A DNA stretch of 64,000 bases from contig CBDCWI010000001.1 in the NCBI GenBank assembly GCA_965223325.1, positions 1,152,001-1,216,000 of the forward strand, written 5' to 3'. This stretch comes from Candidatus Multivoradales bacterium (lineage in GTDB: Bacteria > Acidobacteriota > Thermoanaerobaculia > Multivoradales > Multivoraceae). Positions 28,429 to 39,317 of the stretch are shown here, piece after piece. The notes beneath the pieces are model-generated. The model saw only the letters and a list, made by a program, of their open reading frames with translations. It was not told the origin of the DNA and made no database searches. Made by a program: the position numbers and the translations under genes. The number at the start of each line of letters is the position of its first letter. The first letter of the stretch is position 1.

Positions 28429-31400
28429 TCACTCCAATTCGATCACCCGGGACTGACCCGGGACGAGCTCCACCGAGGCCTCGATCACGGAGCCGTCATG
28501 CTCAGCGACGACGACGCGCCAGGTGCCGGCAACCAGAGGTCCAATGCGGGCAGCACCCAGGAGACGCAGTTCCTCGAGTGGCCGAAGTGACTTGATCCGT
28601 TGGTGTTCGAGCCGGAGCGAGGTGAGAGCGCGACGCCTCGGCCCATCGGCCATGCGAACCTCGATGGACGCGCCTGGCGCCATGGTTGCCGTCGCTGCCG
28701 CCTTCGCGCGCTCGCCCGCGGGTTCTGAGATCACCAGCTCGGCAACCGCCACCTGCTGGTGACTGTCGGTGATGAGCGCGGTCCAGCGACCGGTTGGCAG
28801 GTTTAAGAGGGGAGCGCGGTTGGTACTCGCCTCGACCCTCGAGGACTCCTGGCCGACCCGCCGACCCTGGTCATCGTATGCCTCGACATGCACTGCAACC
28901 GGAGGGGCGCCACGGGCACCGCGCACCTCGACCCAGGTCGCTACCTCGGGCCCCAGTGCGATCTCGACTGAGGCCTCGCCTTCGTTGAGCTCCACCAACC
29001 GCACCTCCTGCCTGTGCCCTTCGGCCCCGGCGGTCAACTGGTAGGTGCCTGCCGCAAGCCCTTCGTGGGAGAACGTGCCGTCAACCTCAGTCGTCGCGCG
29101 GCGGCCCCATCGTGGCGATGGTTCGCCAGCGGTAAGAAGGGTTACCAACGCGCCCAGAAGTGGCTCTCCCGCCTCATCGGTAATGACGCCTGTGATGCGT
29201 TGCGCCGGCAGCTCAAGCAGCAGGTCTTCTCCTCCCTGCACTTCGACGTCACGGTGCAGGAGTGGTCCGTTGAAGTCCGAAACCTCGATCCGCACCGGCC
29301 CCGGCTGAACAAACAGAGAAAAGTGCCCTTGCGAGTCGGTTGTCTCCTGTCTCTGGCCCTGGACTCCGACCATCAGGTTCGTCGCCGGCTCTCCGAGGGC
29401 GCCGAGCACCGTGCCGGTGATCTCGACCAGGTCACCGAAGTCGAACTCCAGGAACTCTTCGCCGCCTTCACCGAGGTCGACGGTCTTCTCGAGCGACCGC
29501 TCGTCGAGCGTGACCTTCACGAGCAGGGCCTCTGCAGGAAGCGGCGAGACGCGGAACTTGCCTTGCCAATCGACGGAACCCAGGTGGCGCCCCCACCACG
29601 GCTCTCCGAGCGGCCGCACAGCGACCAGTGCGCGTGCGAAGGCATCCACGTCGGCACCGATCACCTCACCGGTGATCGTTCCGCCCGGGCGCAGGAGCAG
29701 TTGGATGAAGTCGATGGGATCGCGACCGATTTCGATGTCCAGCTCAGCGCAGAGCCCCACGCCGTCCTTGGAAGCGCGCACCGAATACCTCTCACCCGGT
29801 GTGACTTCGTACTCGAACGTGCCATCGGCTTCGGTTCGGAGTCCGCGACCACTCATCCCTCCAGAGGCTGCGCGCTTGCGGATCGACACCGTTGCACCCG
29901 GTACGGGTTCTCCATCGGATCGCAGGACGACTCCGCGCAGGATCGGGCTCGGCTCGAGCACCCAGTCGATTCGATGCTCTCCTGGGGTGAGATCGATCTG
30001 GAGGTTCTTCGCCACATAGTTCTCGGCGTTGGCAGTGAGCAGCGAGCGCCCGGTGGGCAACCCGTCGATCTCGTAGTCGGCGCCCTCGCGAGGATTCTCT
30101 TTCTCGAGGCGTCTCGGGAACCCGAAGCGATGGCGGGCACGGTCCGAGCTCACATCGCCGGTCACCGGCTCGCCTTCGGGGTTGCGCATCTGGCCGTAGA
30201 TCGTCGCGCCGCGCCCTAGGACCACGCGCCCGAGATCGGTTTCTTCGCCGCCTTGCAGATCGACCACCTGGCCCTCGCCGGCGACGTAGCCCGGAGCGCT
30301 CATCGCCACCTTCCACTTCCCGGGCTCGAGATCGGAAACGACGAGCTTGCCTTCGGCATCGGAAAGGCCGCTCGAACCCCAAGTCCTACCGTTGGCCGAC
30401 GGCGAGAGAAACTGCAGGTTCGGCGCAGCGTTCTCGATCCCGGCGCCAGTCTCCGACACGACGACGACCTTGAACGATGCACCTCGAAGCATCACCACCT
30501 CGAGGGGCACGCCCTCGCCGGCAACGACATCCGACATCTGCTTGCCCACCCAGCCCGGACTGCGAAAATCGAGCTGCACGCGATCCCCTTCGGCCAGGCC
30601 CTCGAGGCGGAAGCGGCCATCGTGGTCCGTCTGCAGCTGATCGTTACGCTCGCTGCCGCGGGCGTACGACCTGACAGCGACCTCTCTGATGGGCTGCTCT
30701 TCGGAATCGATCACGCGCCCCTCGATGGCTACCGCAGGTGCCAGGGTAACGGTTCCCAGTGCATAGATCGCATCGGGCGCAAGCTCTGCAGCCGGCGGCA
30801 CCTCGACACCAGGCACTGTTGCCGGTGCCCATTCCGCGGTGTACACCGTGATCTCGACGGTTCCGGGTGTAAGACCCTCGAGCAGGAAGTACCCATCTGC
30901 ATCCGAGGTCGCAAAGGCCATCGCCTCGCGCCGGCGAGTCTTGGTCGCGCTCCATTCCGAGAGCGTGACCTCGGCACCCGAGACCGCGTTGCCGCTCGGG
31001 TCGACCACCCAGCCCTCACCCACAACCGCCGACGCAACGTCGATGTCAAAGCGCCGCTCGAACTCGCTGGGCTGAAAGGCCGGAACGTCGAAGCTCTCGC
31101 TGGCGATCCCAGGCGCTGCGACCCGCACCGCGGTCGCTCCGGACCCGAGGGCCAACGAGTATTCACCACGCTCATTGGTCCATGCCGCCCGCGTTTGCGC
31201 CTCGAGCGCCGCACCGGGCAGGGGATCCCCCTGGTGGCGAACGGTGCCGGTCACGCGTCGTTCTCTCTGCAACTCAAACAGGTTTTCACCCGTGGGGTCG
31301 ACGTGCCACACGTCCTGGCGCCCGTAGCCCGGAGCCGCTGCGAAGTTCAGAGTTCTCCTTCGCGGCGAGACTGCGACGTCGAAGTGCCCCGATGGGTCAG

Positions 31401-32544
31401 CCGGGAAGGCACCGGCATGACCGAAGTAGAGCCAAGCCCCCGGTACTCCTTCTTGGTCCCCATCGGCCTGGACTTCGACCACTCGACCGCGCCAGGAGCT
31501 GGCCTCTTCGAGTTGAATCGTGGTGGCGTCTTCGAGCGACGTCTCGCCGTTGAGAGGGACGACCTGGCTCGCGCCGATGCGTGCCCGCGCAACCGCACCG
31601 CTGGCCGAGCGCACTGTGATGGTGAGGTTGCCAGTGGGAGAACGTCCCGGCTGCGCCTTGAAGCCGGCAGTGTCGAACGGCACTTCGAAGATCCCCGAAG
31701 CCTCGCGGCCCTCAGCAGGTGCCGCAGTCGCAACCGAAAAGACCGGCCCAGGATCGAGAGCCAGGGTGGCGCTAGCGGCCGGAGCGCCGCCCGGTTCGAG
31801 CAGGCGCAGAGCCACTCCACGCTTGCGCTGCAGAATGAGAGTCAGGGACGACTGTTCCAGGTCCTGAAAGCTCAGTCGCTGGGGTGCGTAGCCCGATGCC
31901 ACGATGTAGACGAAGCCACCAGGTGGTCGCTCGCCGGCAATCGGTTGGACCTTCGGCAGCTCGAGATCAATTGACCCGTCGCGGGTAGCGGCACTGCTCG
32001 CGGGGAACAGGCTCGACCCCGACTGGTTGCTCCAGTCCTGGGTGTAGCCGATGGCGGTGCCAATGGGCTGGCCATCCTCGTCGCGTACCCGCAACCGCAC
32101 CCGACGCGCCGGCACCGCGATCAACGGGGGAAGGCCGCGATTCTCGAGCACCGGAACGATTGCAGGCGAAACGAAGTACCCGGGCGCCTTCACCTCGAGA
32201 AGGTAGATCCCGGGCGACTCGAACCTCATTCGATAGCGACCACGATCGTCGGTTCGCACGGAGGCTGTGGGTTGCCATAAAGGTACTTCCTCGCCCGCTG
32301 TGCGGGCCGCGAGGTGTTCGGCCTGGCGATCAACCGCATCGATCCCGGCGAGTGCGAAGGCCTTTACCGTGGCGTTGGCGACCGGGGTGCCAAACCGAGC
32401 CTCGACCGCGCCGTCGAGCGTGACGCCCTGGTCCGTCGGCGGGACAACTGCCGGCCGGGCGAGGAAGCCGACCCAGAGAGCGCCCGCTGGGGTGAGCGCC
32501 GCCAGCAAGGCGACTCGAATCAGGGTTTTCGGCAACCAACCCAT
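28429..32544 (-). CDS. Large carboxypeptidase-regulatory-like (beta-sandwich) repeat surface protein
   Basis: Many repeats of GxVxDxxGxPvxGAxV...TDxDGxFxLxGLxxG...APGY. Confidence 0.85.
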   Translation of the reverse strand: MGWLPKTLIRVALLAALTPAGALWVGFLARPAVVPPTDQGVTLDGAVEARFGTPVANATVKAFALAGIDAVDRQAEHLAARTAGEEVPLWQPTASVRTDDRGRYRMRFESPGIYLLEVKAPGYFVSPAIVPVLENRGLPPLIAVPARRVRLRVRDEDGQPIGTAIGYTQDWSNQSGSSLFPASSAATRDGSIDLELPKVQPIAGERPPGGFVYIVASGYAPQRLSFQDLEQSSLTLILQRKRGVALRLLEPGGAPAASATLALDPGPVFSVATAAPAEGREASGIFEVPFDTAGFKAQPGRSPTGNLTITVRSASGAVARARIGASQVVPLNGETSLEDATTIQLEEASSWRGRVVEVQADGDQEGVPGAWLYFGHAGAFPADPSGHFDVAVSPRRRTLNFAAAPGYGRQDVWHVDPTGENLFELQRERRVTGTVRHQGDPLPGAALEAQTRAAWTNERGEYSLALGSGATAVRVAAPGIASESFDVPAFQPSEFERRFDIDVASAVVGEGWVVDPSGNAVSGAEVTLSEWSATKTRRREAMAFATSDADGYFLLEGLTPGTVEITVYTAEWAPATVPGVEVPPAAELAPDAIYALGTVTLAPAVAIEGRVIDSEEQPIREVAVRSYARGSERNDQLQTDHDGRFRLEGLAEGDRVQLDFRSPGWVGKQMSDVVAGEGVPLEVVMLRGASFKVVVVSETGAGIENAAPNLQFLSPSANGRTWGSSGLSDAEGKLVVSDLEPGKWKVAMSAPGYVAGEGQVVDLQGGEETDLGRVVLGRGATIYGQMRNPEGEPVTGDVSSDRARHRFGFPRRLEKENPREGADYEIDGLPTGRSLLTANAENYVAKNLQIDLTPGEHRIDWVLEPSPILRGVVLRSDGEPVPGATVSIRKRAASGGMSGRGLRTEADGTFEYEVTPGERYSVRASKDGVGLCAELDIEIGRDPIDFIQLLLRPGGTITGEVIGADVDAFARALVAVRPLGEPWWGRHLGSVDWQGKFRVSPLPAEALLVKVTLDERSLEKTVDLGEGGEEFLEFDFGDLVEITGTVLGALGEPATNLMVGVQGQRQETTDSQGHFSLFVQPGPVRIEVSDFNGPLLHRDVEVQGGEDLLLELPAQRITGVITDEAGEPLLGALVTLLTAGEPSPRWGRRATTEVDGTFSHEGLAAGTYQLTAGAEGHRQEVRLVELNEGEASVEIALGPEVATWVEVRGARGAPPVAVHVEAYDDQGRRVGQESSRVEASTNRAPLLNLPTGRWTALITDSHQQVAVAELVISEPAGERAKAAATATMAPGASIEVRMADGPRRRALTSLRLEHQRIKSLRPLEELRLLGAARIGPLVAGTWRVVVAEHDGSVIEASVELVPGQSRVIELE

Positions 32545-32746
32545 GCGCGACCTCCGAGGGCGATCTTACCCCCGACTCCGAAAGGCGCCGCGTCTAGAGG
32601 ACGATGAGCGTCCCGCTGCCGAACCTGTCGGCGTCACCGAGTCTGTCGCTAGACTGTCACCAGTTCCACCAAAGAAAATCACTGCTGTCGACCTGTCGCG
32701 GACAAACCCGCTGGAAGCGCTCGGAGTCGACCCGGAGGACCCACCG

Positions 32747-33310
32747 ATGAAGCGCATCGTTTTCTCCGCGCTGCTTGCCTCGATCGTGCTCTTTCTCTGG
32801 GGCTTCATCTACTGGAGCGTGCTCCCGACCCGCGACGTCTTCAGAGCGTGGAAGGACTCCAACGCGGTCGCCGAGACGCTCCTTGAGGAGGTTCCAGCAG
32901 CCGGGGTCTACGCACTGCCCGATCCGCACTTGATGACCAACGACCTGGACGCCTACAGCAGCGCCCATGAACGCGGACCGGTCGCCATGATCTTCGTCCA
33001 CCCCCAGGGTCGTCCCGCGATGCCACCAACGGTCTTCTTCTTCGGCTGGCTGCAGATGTTCATCGCCTGCCTGGGGCTCGCCTGGCTGCTCGATCGCGCG
33101 GTTGCCAGCCTGCACTCCTTCGGCGCACGTTGGGTCTTCGTCTGCGTGGCGGTTGAGGCCGCGATTTTCCTGATCGCGGTGGGTACGCCGATCTGGTGGA
33201 ACCATCCGTGGGGTTTCCACCTGGTCAACATCGGCTTCTACGCGATCGGCGGAGTGTTGGTTGCGGCGGTACTCGCCAAGATGATTCCAGGGCCACAGGG
33301 CGCCGTCTAG
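32747..33310 (+). CDS. Hypothetical integral membrane protein (about 4 TM)
   Basis: GGAGG RBS, MKRIVFSALL; four hydrophobic segments. Confidence 0.75.
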   Translation: MKRIVFSALLASIVLFLWGFIYWSVLPTRDVFRAWKDSNAVAETLLEEVPAAGVYALPDPHLMTNDLDAYSSAHERGPVAMIFVHPQGRPAMPPTVFFFGWLQMFIACLGLAWLLDRAVASLHSFGARWVFVCVAVEAAIFLIAVGTPIWWNHPWGFHLVNIGFYAIGGVLVAAVLAKMIPGPQGAV

Positions 33311-33367
33311 CATCTCGAGGTCTCGTATGATGGCGACCTCCGGTGCCGTCGCACCGCCGGCCGCTCC

Positions 33368-33856
33368 ATGTCGAACCGGGTAATCAACACCTCCGTCAAC
33401 GGAGAGACCCACGCCGCCGAGGTCGAACCTCGCCGACTGCTCAGCGATTTCCTGCGTCACGATCTCGGGTTGACCGGCACCCACGTCGGCTGCGAGCACG
33501 GCGTCTGCGGTGCCTGCACCGTCCTCTTCGACGGTGAGCCGGTGCGCTCGTGTTTGATGTTTGCCGTCCAGGCTGATGGTCACCAGGTGCGAACCGTCGA
33601 GGATCTCGCGCCACCTGGCCGAGGTCAGCTCAGCCCGCTCCAGGCGGCCTTCAAGGAGGCGCACGCTCTCCAGTGCGGCTTTTGTACGCCTGGAATCCTG
33701 ATGACTCTGGTTCCGTTCCTCCGCGAGAACCCGGCGCCGACCGAGGAAGAGATCCGGGACGCCATTTCAGGCAACCTCTGCCGGTGCACCGGCTACCAGA
33801 ACATCGTCGAGGCGGTGAAGATCGCAGCCACGAACCACGACGACGGCGGGGGCTAG
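33368..33856 (+). CDS. Molybdenum hydroxylase small (2Fe-2S) subunit, CoxS/CutS-like
   Basis: GCEHGVCGACTV, RSCL, QCGFCTPG, GNLCRCTGY. Confidence 0.95.
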   Translation: MSNRVINTSVNGETHAAEVEPRRLLSDFLRHDLGLTGTHVGCEHGVCGACTVLFDGEPVRSCLMFAVQADGHQVRTVEDLAPPGRGQLSPLQAAFKEAHALQCGFCTPGILMTLVPFLRENPAPTEEEIRDAISGNLCRCTGYQNIVEAVKIAATNHDDGGG

Positions 33857-33857
33857 A

Positions 33858-36194
33858 GTGTCGACCCGGCAATTCGGCGAACCGCTCCGCCGTCGTGAGG
33901 ACGATCGACTGCTTACCGGTCGCGCGCTGTTCGTCGACGATGTCCACCTGCCACGCACGCTGCACGTTGCCTTCGTGCGCAGCACCTTTGCCCACGGCAC
34001 GATCGTTTCGACCGACACGAGCGAAGCGCTCAAGAGGCCGGGCGTGGTGGCGGTCTTGACCGCCGAAGATCTTGGCGACTACTGGCAGGCGGGACCGCTT
34101 CTGGTTCCACCACCCCCGATTCCAGGCATCGGGTTCCACGCCCGCACCCAGGTGCCCCTGGCAAAGGGCAAAGTGCGTCACGTCGGTGAGCCCATCGCGG
34201 TCGTGGTGGCGGAAAGCCGTTATCTCGCCGAAGACGCACGCGACGACGTGTTCGTCGAGATCGATCCCCTACCGGCGGTCGTTGACATGGAGGCTGCCCT
34301 CGCCGACCGGTCTGTGCGGGTTCATGATGACCTGGAGTCGAACCTCGCGGCGCACGCCCGCCAGGAGAAGGGCAACTGGGAAACGGCCAGAAGCGCCGCG
34401 GATGTGGTGCTCGAGAGGCGGCTGGTCTACGACCACGGCACCGCGGCGGCGATGGAGAACCGCGGCATTCTCGCGCAATGGAACGCGCGCGAAGAACGGT
34501 TGACGGTCTGGGACACGACGCAGGCACCCATTCCTCTACGCGGCGGACTGGCTGGTCGGCTCGGTCTCGCGGAGTCGCAGGTGCGGGTGATCGCGCCCTT
34601 CATCGGTGGTGGGTTCGGGCCCAAGATCATGATGTTCTATCCCGACGAAGTGCTGGTGCCGTGGCTGGCGATGCGTTTGGAGCGCCCGGTCAAGTGGATC
34701 GAGGACCGCGAAGAGAACTTCTTCTCCACCACCCAAGAGCGTTCGCAGATTCATGACGCGGAGATCGCTTTGACTCGTGAGGGACGGGTGCTCGGCGTCC
34801 GCGATACGTTTCTTCACGACACCGGTGCCTACGACCCGTACGGCCTGACGGTTCCAATCAACAGTCAGTGCACGTTGCTCGGTTGCTACGACATTCCGAA
34901 CTACGCCAGCGAGTTCAAGGCGGTGTTCACCAACAAGCCGCTCGTAACTCCTTTTCGAGGAGCCGGCCGCCAGCACGGAGTCTTCGTGATGGAGCGGTTG
35001 CTCGACGCCGCGGCGCGCGAACTCAACATCGACCCCGCCGAGATCCGCCGCCGCAATCTGATCGACAAAGACGACTTTCCCCACCACCACGGTCTCATCT
35101 ACCAGGACTTCACCGAACTCACCTACGACAGCGGCAACTACGAGGCGTGCCTCGACAAGGCCCTGGCGGCGATCGACTACCAGGGTTTCAAAGAGAACGA
35201 GCAGCCGCGCCTTCGCGCGCTCGGCCGAAAGGTCGGAATCGCCGTCGTTACCTACGTCGAAGGTACCGGAATCGGCCCCTACGAAGGGGCCCGGGTCACC
35301 GTCGAACAGAGCGGCAACGTTTCAGTGGCGACGGGAATCGGAACCCAGGGCCAGGGTCACTTCACCTCCTTCGCCCAGGTGGTCGCCGAACAACTCGGGG
35401 TTGGAATCGACAAGGTGCACGTGACCACCGGCGACACCGAGGTCTTCCACTGGGGTACGGGCACGTTTGCCAGTCGCGGCGCGGTGGTTGCAGGCACCGC
35501 CTGCTTTAACGCCGCGACCTCGGTACGCACCAAGGTGCTCGATCTCGCCAGTGAATTGCTCGAAGCCCCACGCGAGGACCTCGTCCTGGAAGACGGTCGC
35601 GTCATGGTGCGCGGAACTCCCGACCGTGCCCTCGGGCTCGGCGAGCTGGCCGCCGCCGCCAACCCGTTGCGTGGCGCGGTACGACACGGGACCGAACCCG
35701 GCCTCGAAGCGACGTCGTACTTCGCACCCGAGGGCGGCACCACCGCTAACGGCGTCCACGCCATGATCCTCGAAGTCGACCCTGAAACCTACGACACGAG
35801 CATCCTGCGCTATGTCGTCGTGCACGACTGCGGCACGGTGATCAACCCGCTCATCCTCGAAGGGCAGATGGTCGGCGGAGTGGCGCAGGGAATCGGCAAT
35901 GCCTTCTACGAGAAGCTCGCCTTCGACGATCTTGGGCAGCTGCTCAACGCCTCGTTCATGGACTACCTGATCCCGACCTCGACCGACGTGCCAACGGTCG
36001 AGTGCGAGCACCTGGTCACGCCGTCGCCGCTCAACCCCCTGGGCATCAAGGGGGCCGGGGAGGCTGGTGCGATTCCCGTCGGGCCGCTGTTTGCCGCCGC
36101 GATCGAAGACGCGCTCGGCCCAGGAGCTCCCGAGATCCTCGAGATTCCTCTTTCGCCGAACCGCCTTTTCGAGCTCGTCGGAGGCAAAAGTTGA
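33858..36194 (+). CDS. Molybdenum hydroxylase large (molybdopterin) subunit, xanthine dehydrogenase/CoxL family
   Basis: RREDDRLLTG, IGGGFGPK, PFRGAGR, GQGH, GTFASRG, GQMVGGVAQGIG, KGAGEAG. Confidence 0.95.
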   Translation: MSTRQFGEPLRRREDDRLLTGRALFVDDVHLPRTLHVAFVRSTFAHGTIVSTDTSEALKRPGVVAVLTAEDLGDYWQAGPLLVPPPPIPGIGFHARTQVPLAKGKVRHVGEPIAVVVAESRYLAEDARDDVFVEIDPLPAVVDMEAALADRSVRVHDDLESNLAAHARQEKGNWETARSAADVVLERRLVYDHGTAAAMENRGILAQWNAREERLTVWDTTQAPIPLRGGLAGRLGLAESQVRVIAPFIGGGFGPKIMMFYPDEVLVPWLAMRLERPVKWIEDREENFFSTTQERSQIHDAEIALTREGRVLGVRDTFLHDTGAYDPYGLTVPINSQCTLLGCYDIPNYASEFKAVFTNKPLVTPFRGAGRQHGVFVMERLLDAAARELNIDPAEIRRRNLIDKDDFPHHHGLIYQDFTELTYDSGNYEACLDKALAAIDYQGFKENEQPRLRALGRKVGIAVVTYVEGTGIGPYEGARVTVEQSGNVSVATGIGTQGQGHFTSFAQVVAEQLGVGIDKVHVTTGDTEVFHWGTGTFASRGAVVAGTACFNAATSVRTKVLDLASELLEAPREDLVLEDGRVMVRGTPDRALGLGELAAAANPLRGAVRHGTEPGLEATSYFAPEGGTTANGVHAMILEVDPETYDTSILRYVVVHDCGTVINPLILEGQMVGGVAQGIGNAFYEKLAFDDLGQLLNASFMDYLIPTSTDVPTVECEHLVTPSPLNPLGIKGAGEAGAIPVGPLFAAAIEDALGPGAPEILEIPLSPNRLFELVGGKS

Positions 36195-37063
36195 AACCGG
36201 CTGCCTTCGAGTATGAGGCTCCGCGGAGCCTCGATGAGGCCCTGGCTCTCCTCGCTCGCCATGGAGACGAGGCCAAGGTCCTCGCTGGCGGCCAGAGCCT
36301 GATCGCGACGATGAACTTTCGTCTGGCTCAGCCGGCGATGCTGGTCGACATCAACGGGATCACAGAACTCTCCTACATTCGCGAAGCTTCTGGCGGCCTC
36401 GAGATCGGAGCTCTCACCCGTCAGGCCACCGTCGAGAAGAGTGAGCTGGTCGCGAGCCGTTGCGCGCTGCTCGCCGAAGCGATGCCACACGTCGCCCACT
36501 CGCAGATTCGCAACCGCGGGACCTTCGGCGGCAGTCTGGCGCACGCCGACTCGGCCTCGGAACTGCCGGCAGTAGCACTGGCACTCGAAGCGGAGATGGT
36601 GATCTGCTCCGAGAGCGGCGAACGCACCGTCCCAGCTGAAGAGTTCTTCGTCGGCCTCTTCGAAACGGCGCTCGAACCCGAGGAGCTACTCGTTGAAGTG
36701 CGCTTGCCGGACCTGCCGCAACACACCGGCACAGCGTTTCTCGAGTTGTCGCGGCGGCGCGGCGACTTCGCCCTGGTAGGCGTCGCCGTGGTGCTCGAGG
36801 CGACGCCCGACGGAACCGTCGCCCGCTCCAGGATCGTGCTGCACAGCGTTGGCGAAACGCCCGTTCTCGCCCAGGCCGCGATGACGGCGCTTCGGGGCAA
36901 AGTACCCGACGAAACGAACTGCAGAAACGCCGCCGAGGCCGCCGCAGACAACGACATCGACCCGCTGGGTGATCTTCACGCTTCGGCAGAGTATCGTCGT
37001 CACCTCACTTCAGTGCTCACCCGTCGCGCCCTCCTGGCCGCGGCATCCAGGATTCAGAACTGA
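36191..37063 (+). CDS. Molybdenum hydroxylase FAD subunit, CoxM/CutM-like
   Basis: TTG start overlapping the L-subunit stop (MKPAAFEY); LAGGQSL, IRNRGTFGGSLAHAD, RRRGDFA. Confidence 0.92.
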   Translation: MKPAAFEYEAPRSLDEALALLARHGDEAKVLAGGQSLIATMNFRLAQPAMLVDINGITELSYIREASGGLEIGALTRQATVEKSELVASRCALLAEAMPHVAHSQIRNRGTFGGSLAHADSASELPAVALALEAEMVICSESGERTVPAEEFFVGLFETALEPEELLVEVRLPDLPQHTGTAFLELSRRRGDFALVGVAVVLEATPDGTVARSRIVLHSVGETPVLAQAAMTALRGKVPDETNCRNAAEAAADNDIDPLGDLHASAEYRRHLTSVLTRRALLAAASRIQN

Positions 37064-37083
37064 CCAAAAGACAAGGCCCTTTC

Positions 37084-37875
37084 ATGCGCACGATCGATCT
37101 CTCCCAACCGCTCAACCAGGACGCCCCGTTCTGGCCCTACTACCCCCCCTTCGAGGTCAAGTACATCAAGCGCAAGGCCGAACATGGCGTCAACGCGCAA
37201 TATATCCAGACCTCGAACCACATGGGCACCCACCTCGATGCGCCGCGGCACTTCGTCACCGGCGGCATGACAATCGACCAGATCCCGATGGAGTGGTTGT
37301 GTAGCCCGGGAGTGATCGTCGACCTTTCCGATGAGATGGACGACCTGGCCGCGTACACCCCGGAGATGATCGAGAAGCGAGTCGACATCCAGGACGGCGA
37401 CATGCTGCTCCTGCACACCGGCTGGCATCGATTTGCGCAGTTCGGCGAAACGCCCGATGAGGAGCGCTACATTCATCTTCATCCCGGCGCACATCCGTCG
37501 ATGGTGGAATGGCTGCTCGAGAAGAAGATCCACATCTGGGGAGTCGACTGCATCTCAACCGACCACCCAATGAACTTGCCGATCGGTCGCTTTCTGGGTA
37601 AGGGCATGCACGGCCACTGTGATCGGGTGCGTGCCTTGTGCGAGGAGAAGTTCGGTCAAGCGGGAATGGAGGAACTGTTCCCCGACAGCGCCTACCAGCT
37701 CACCCACAACGCCCTCTTCCCCCATGACTGCATGCACATCGAGAACCTCGGCGGCGACATCGACCTGCCCGAGATCCACAACAAGCGCATGCAGCTCGGG
37801 TGCTTCCCCTGGAAGTTCAAGGGCGGCGAGGCGGCCTTCTGCCGCACCGTGGCTTTCCCGGACGCGCCGGTCTAG
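37084..37875 (+). CDS. Cyclase family metal hydrolase (KynB/isatin hydrolase-like)
   Basis: HMGTHLDAPRH, LLHTGW, HPG, GVDCIS, HIENL. Confidence 0.9.
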   Translation: MRTIDLSQPLNQDAPFWPYYPPFEVKYIKRKAEHGVNAQYIQTSNHMGTHLDAPRHFVTGGMTIDQIPMEWLCSPGVIVDLSDEMDDLAAYTPEMIEKRVDIQDGDMLLLHTGWHRFAQFGETPDEERYIHLHPGAHPSMVEWLLEKKIHIWGVDCISTDHPMNLPIGRFLGKGMHGHCDRVRALCEEKFGQAGMEELFPDSAYQLTHNALFPHDCMHIENLGGDIDLPEIHNKRMQLGCFPWKFKGGEAAFCRTVAFPDAPV

Positions 37876-37881
37876 TACCCC

Positions 37882-39312
37882 GTGTCGGCTTCCGGCGGTC
37901 AGTCTCCTGGCGATCAGCTGGCGGATTCGTCGGCCTGCGGGTTGGTCGACCGCGTGCAGGCGGGTGAGCTCTCAGCCCTGGAGGTCCTCGAGGCCTGTCT
38001 GGAGCGCATCACAGCTCACAACGAAGCGGTCAACGCGATCGTCACGCTCGACCCATCGGCCGAAGAGCAGGCCGCGTCGGTCGACCGTCGTCTGGCGGCG
38101 GGAGAGGAACTGCCGCTGGCTGGCCTGCCGGTCGGAATCAAGGATGTAACGCCGGTCGGCGGCCTTCGTTTGACGTACGGCTCACCGCTCTACCGAGACC
38201 ACGTCGCTGGCGAAGACGCCCTGGTTGTCTCACGCCTGCGAAGAGCCGGCGCAGTCATCGTCGGCAAGACCAATACGCCTGAGTTCGCCACTGGCGGCAA
38301 CACGTTCAACGAGGTGTTCGGCCGCACCGCCAACCCGTGGAACCTCGAGAAGTCGGCTGGCGGTTCAACGGGTGGTGGCGCCGCTGCCCTCGCCACCGGC
38401 ATGATCGCGCTCGCCGAGGGCACCGATCTCGGCGGCTCGCTACGCATCCCGGCATCGTTTTGTGGCATCACCGGCCTCAGACCGTCACCCGGGCTCATTC
38501 CCACCTGGCCCTCCGATGACCTGTGGGACAACCTTCAGGTCACTGGCACCATGGCACGCCGAGCCAAAGACATTGCCCTGTCGCTCGACGCGCTCGCCGG
38601 GCCAAGCCGGCGGGTGCCTCTGGCGCAACCCACTCGCGGCCGCCAGTTTCGCGCGACCGTAGAAGGCGGGCTCGAGCCGGGGACCCGGGTCGCCTATTGC
38701 CCTGACATCTCAGGAATTGGTGTGGACACGGACATAGAAGCCGTCTGCCGCCAGGCGGTTTTCGCGCTGCAGGATCGAGGAGCAGTCGTCGAGGAGACCA
38801 GTTTCGATCTCACCGAAGGATGGCAGGCCTTCCTGGCGCTGCGCGCGCTCTGGATGCTCAACCAGCATGCGGGCCGTCTAGAAGATCTCGCGTCACTCGG
38901 CGACAACGTTCGCGGCAACATCGAAGCCGGCCTCGCACTCGATCCCAAGAAACTCGGCCACGCCGCCCAGACCCGCAGTCACATCCATGCACGCTTCCGG
39001 GAGTTCTTCACCCGATTCGACTTCCTGGCGACTCCCAGCATGTGCGTCTCCCCGTTTCCGGTCACCGAGAACTACCCCCAGACCGTCGCCGGGCGCGAGA
39101 TGAAGACCTACGTCGATTGGATCGCGCCTACCTTCACTCTCAGCCTCACCAGCCTGCCGGTGGCGTCTGTCCCTTGCGGCCTCGATCCCCACCGCATGCC
39201 CGCTGGGCTGCAGCTCGTCGGGCCGATGGACGGCGAAGAGAAGGTACTGGCCCTCGCCGCCACCCTCGAAGAGCTGGCCCCGATCGGCAAGCCACCTCTC
39301 CTTGTGAGCTGA
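37882..39312 (+). CDS. Amidase-signature family amidase
   Basis: PVGIKD, GKTNTPEF, GGSTGG, GTDLGGSLRIPASFCG. Confidence 0.92.
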   Translation: MSASGGQSPGDQLADSSACGLVDRVQAGELSALEVLEACLERITAHNEAVNAIVTLDPSAEEQAASVDRRLAAGEELPLAGLPVGIKDVTPVGGLRLTYGSPLYRDHVAGEDALVVSRLRRAGAVIVGKTNTPEFATGGNTFNEVFGRTANPWNLEKSAGGSTGGGAAALATGMIALAEGTDLGGSLRIPASFCGITGLRPSPGLIPTWPSDDLWDNLQVTGTMARRAKDIALSLDALAGPSRRVPLAQPTRGRQFRATVEGGLEPGTRVAYCPDISGIGVDTDIEAVCRQAVFALQDRGAVVEETSFDLTEGWQAFLALRALWMLNQHAGRLEDLASLGDNVRGNIEAGLALDPKKLGHAAQTRSHIHARFREFFTRFDFLATPSMCVSPFPVTENYPQTVAGREMKTYVDWIAPTFTLSLTSLPVASVPCGLDPHRMPAGLQLVGPMDGEEKVLALAATLEELAPIGKPPLLVS

Positions 39313-39317
39313 ATCGG

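Noticed and set aside
30253-31974. 573-aa plus-strand ORF
   Set aside because: Antisense to the 1371-aa repeat protein with no recognisable domain.
33858-36194. Aerobic CO dehydrogenase (form I coxL)
   Set aside because: Lacks the AYxCSFR Cu-binding loop; order is S-L-M and no coxDEFG accessory genes are adjacent.
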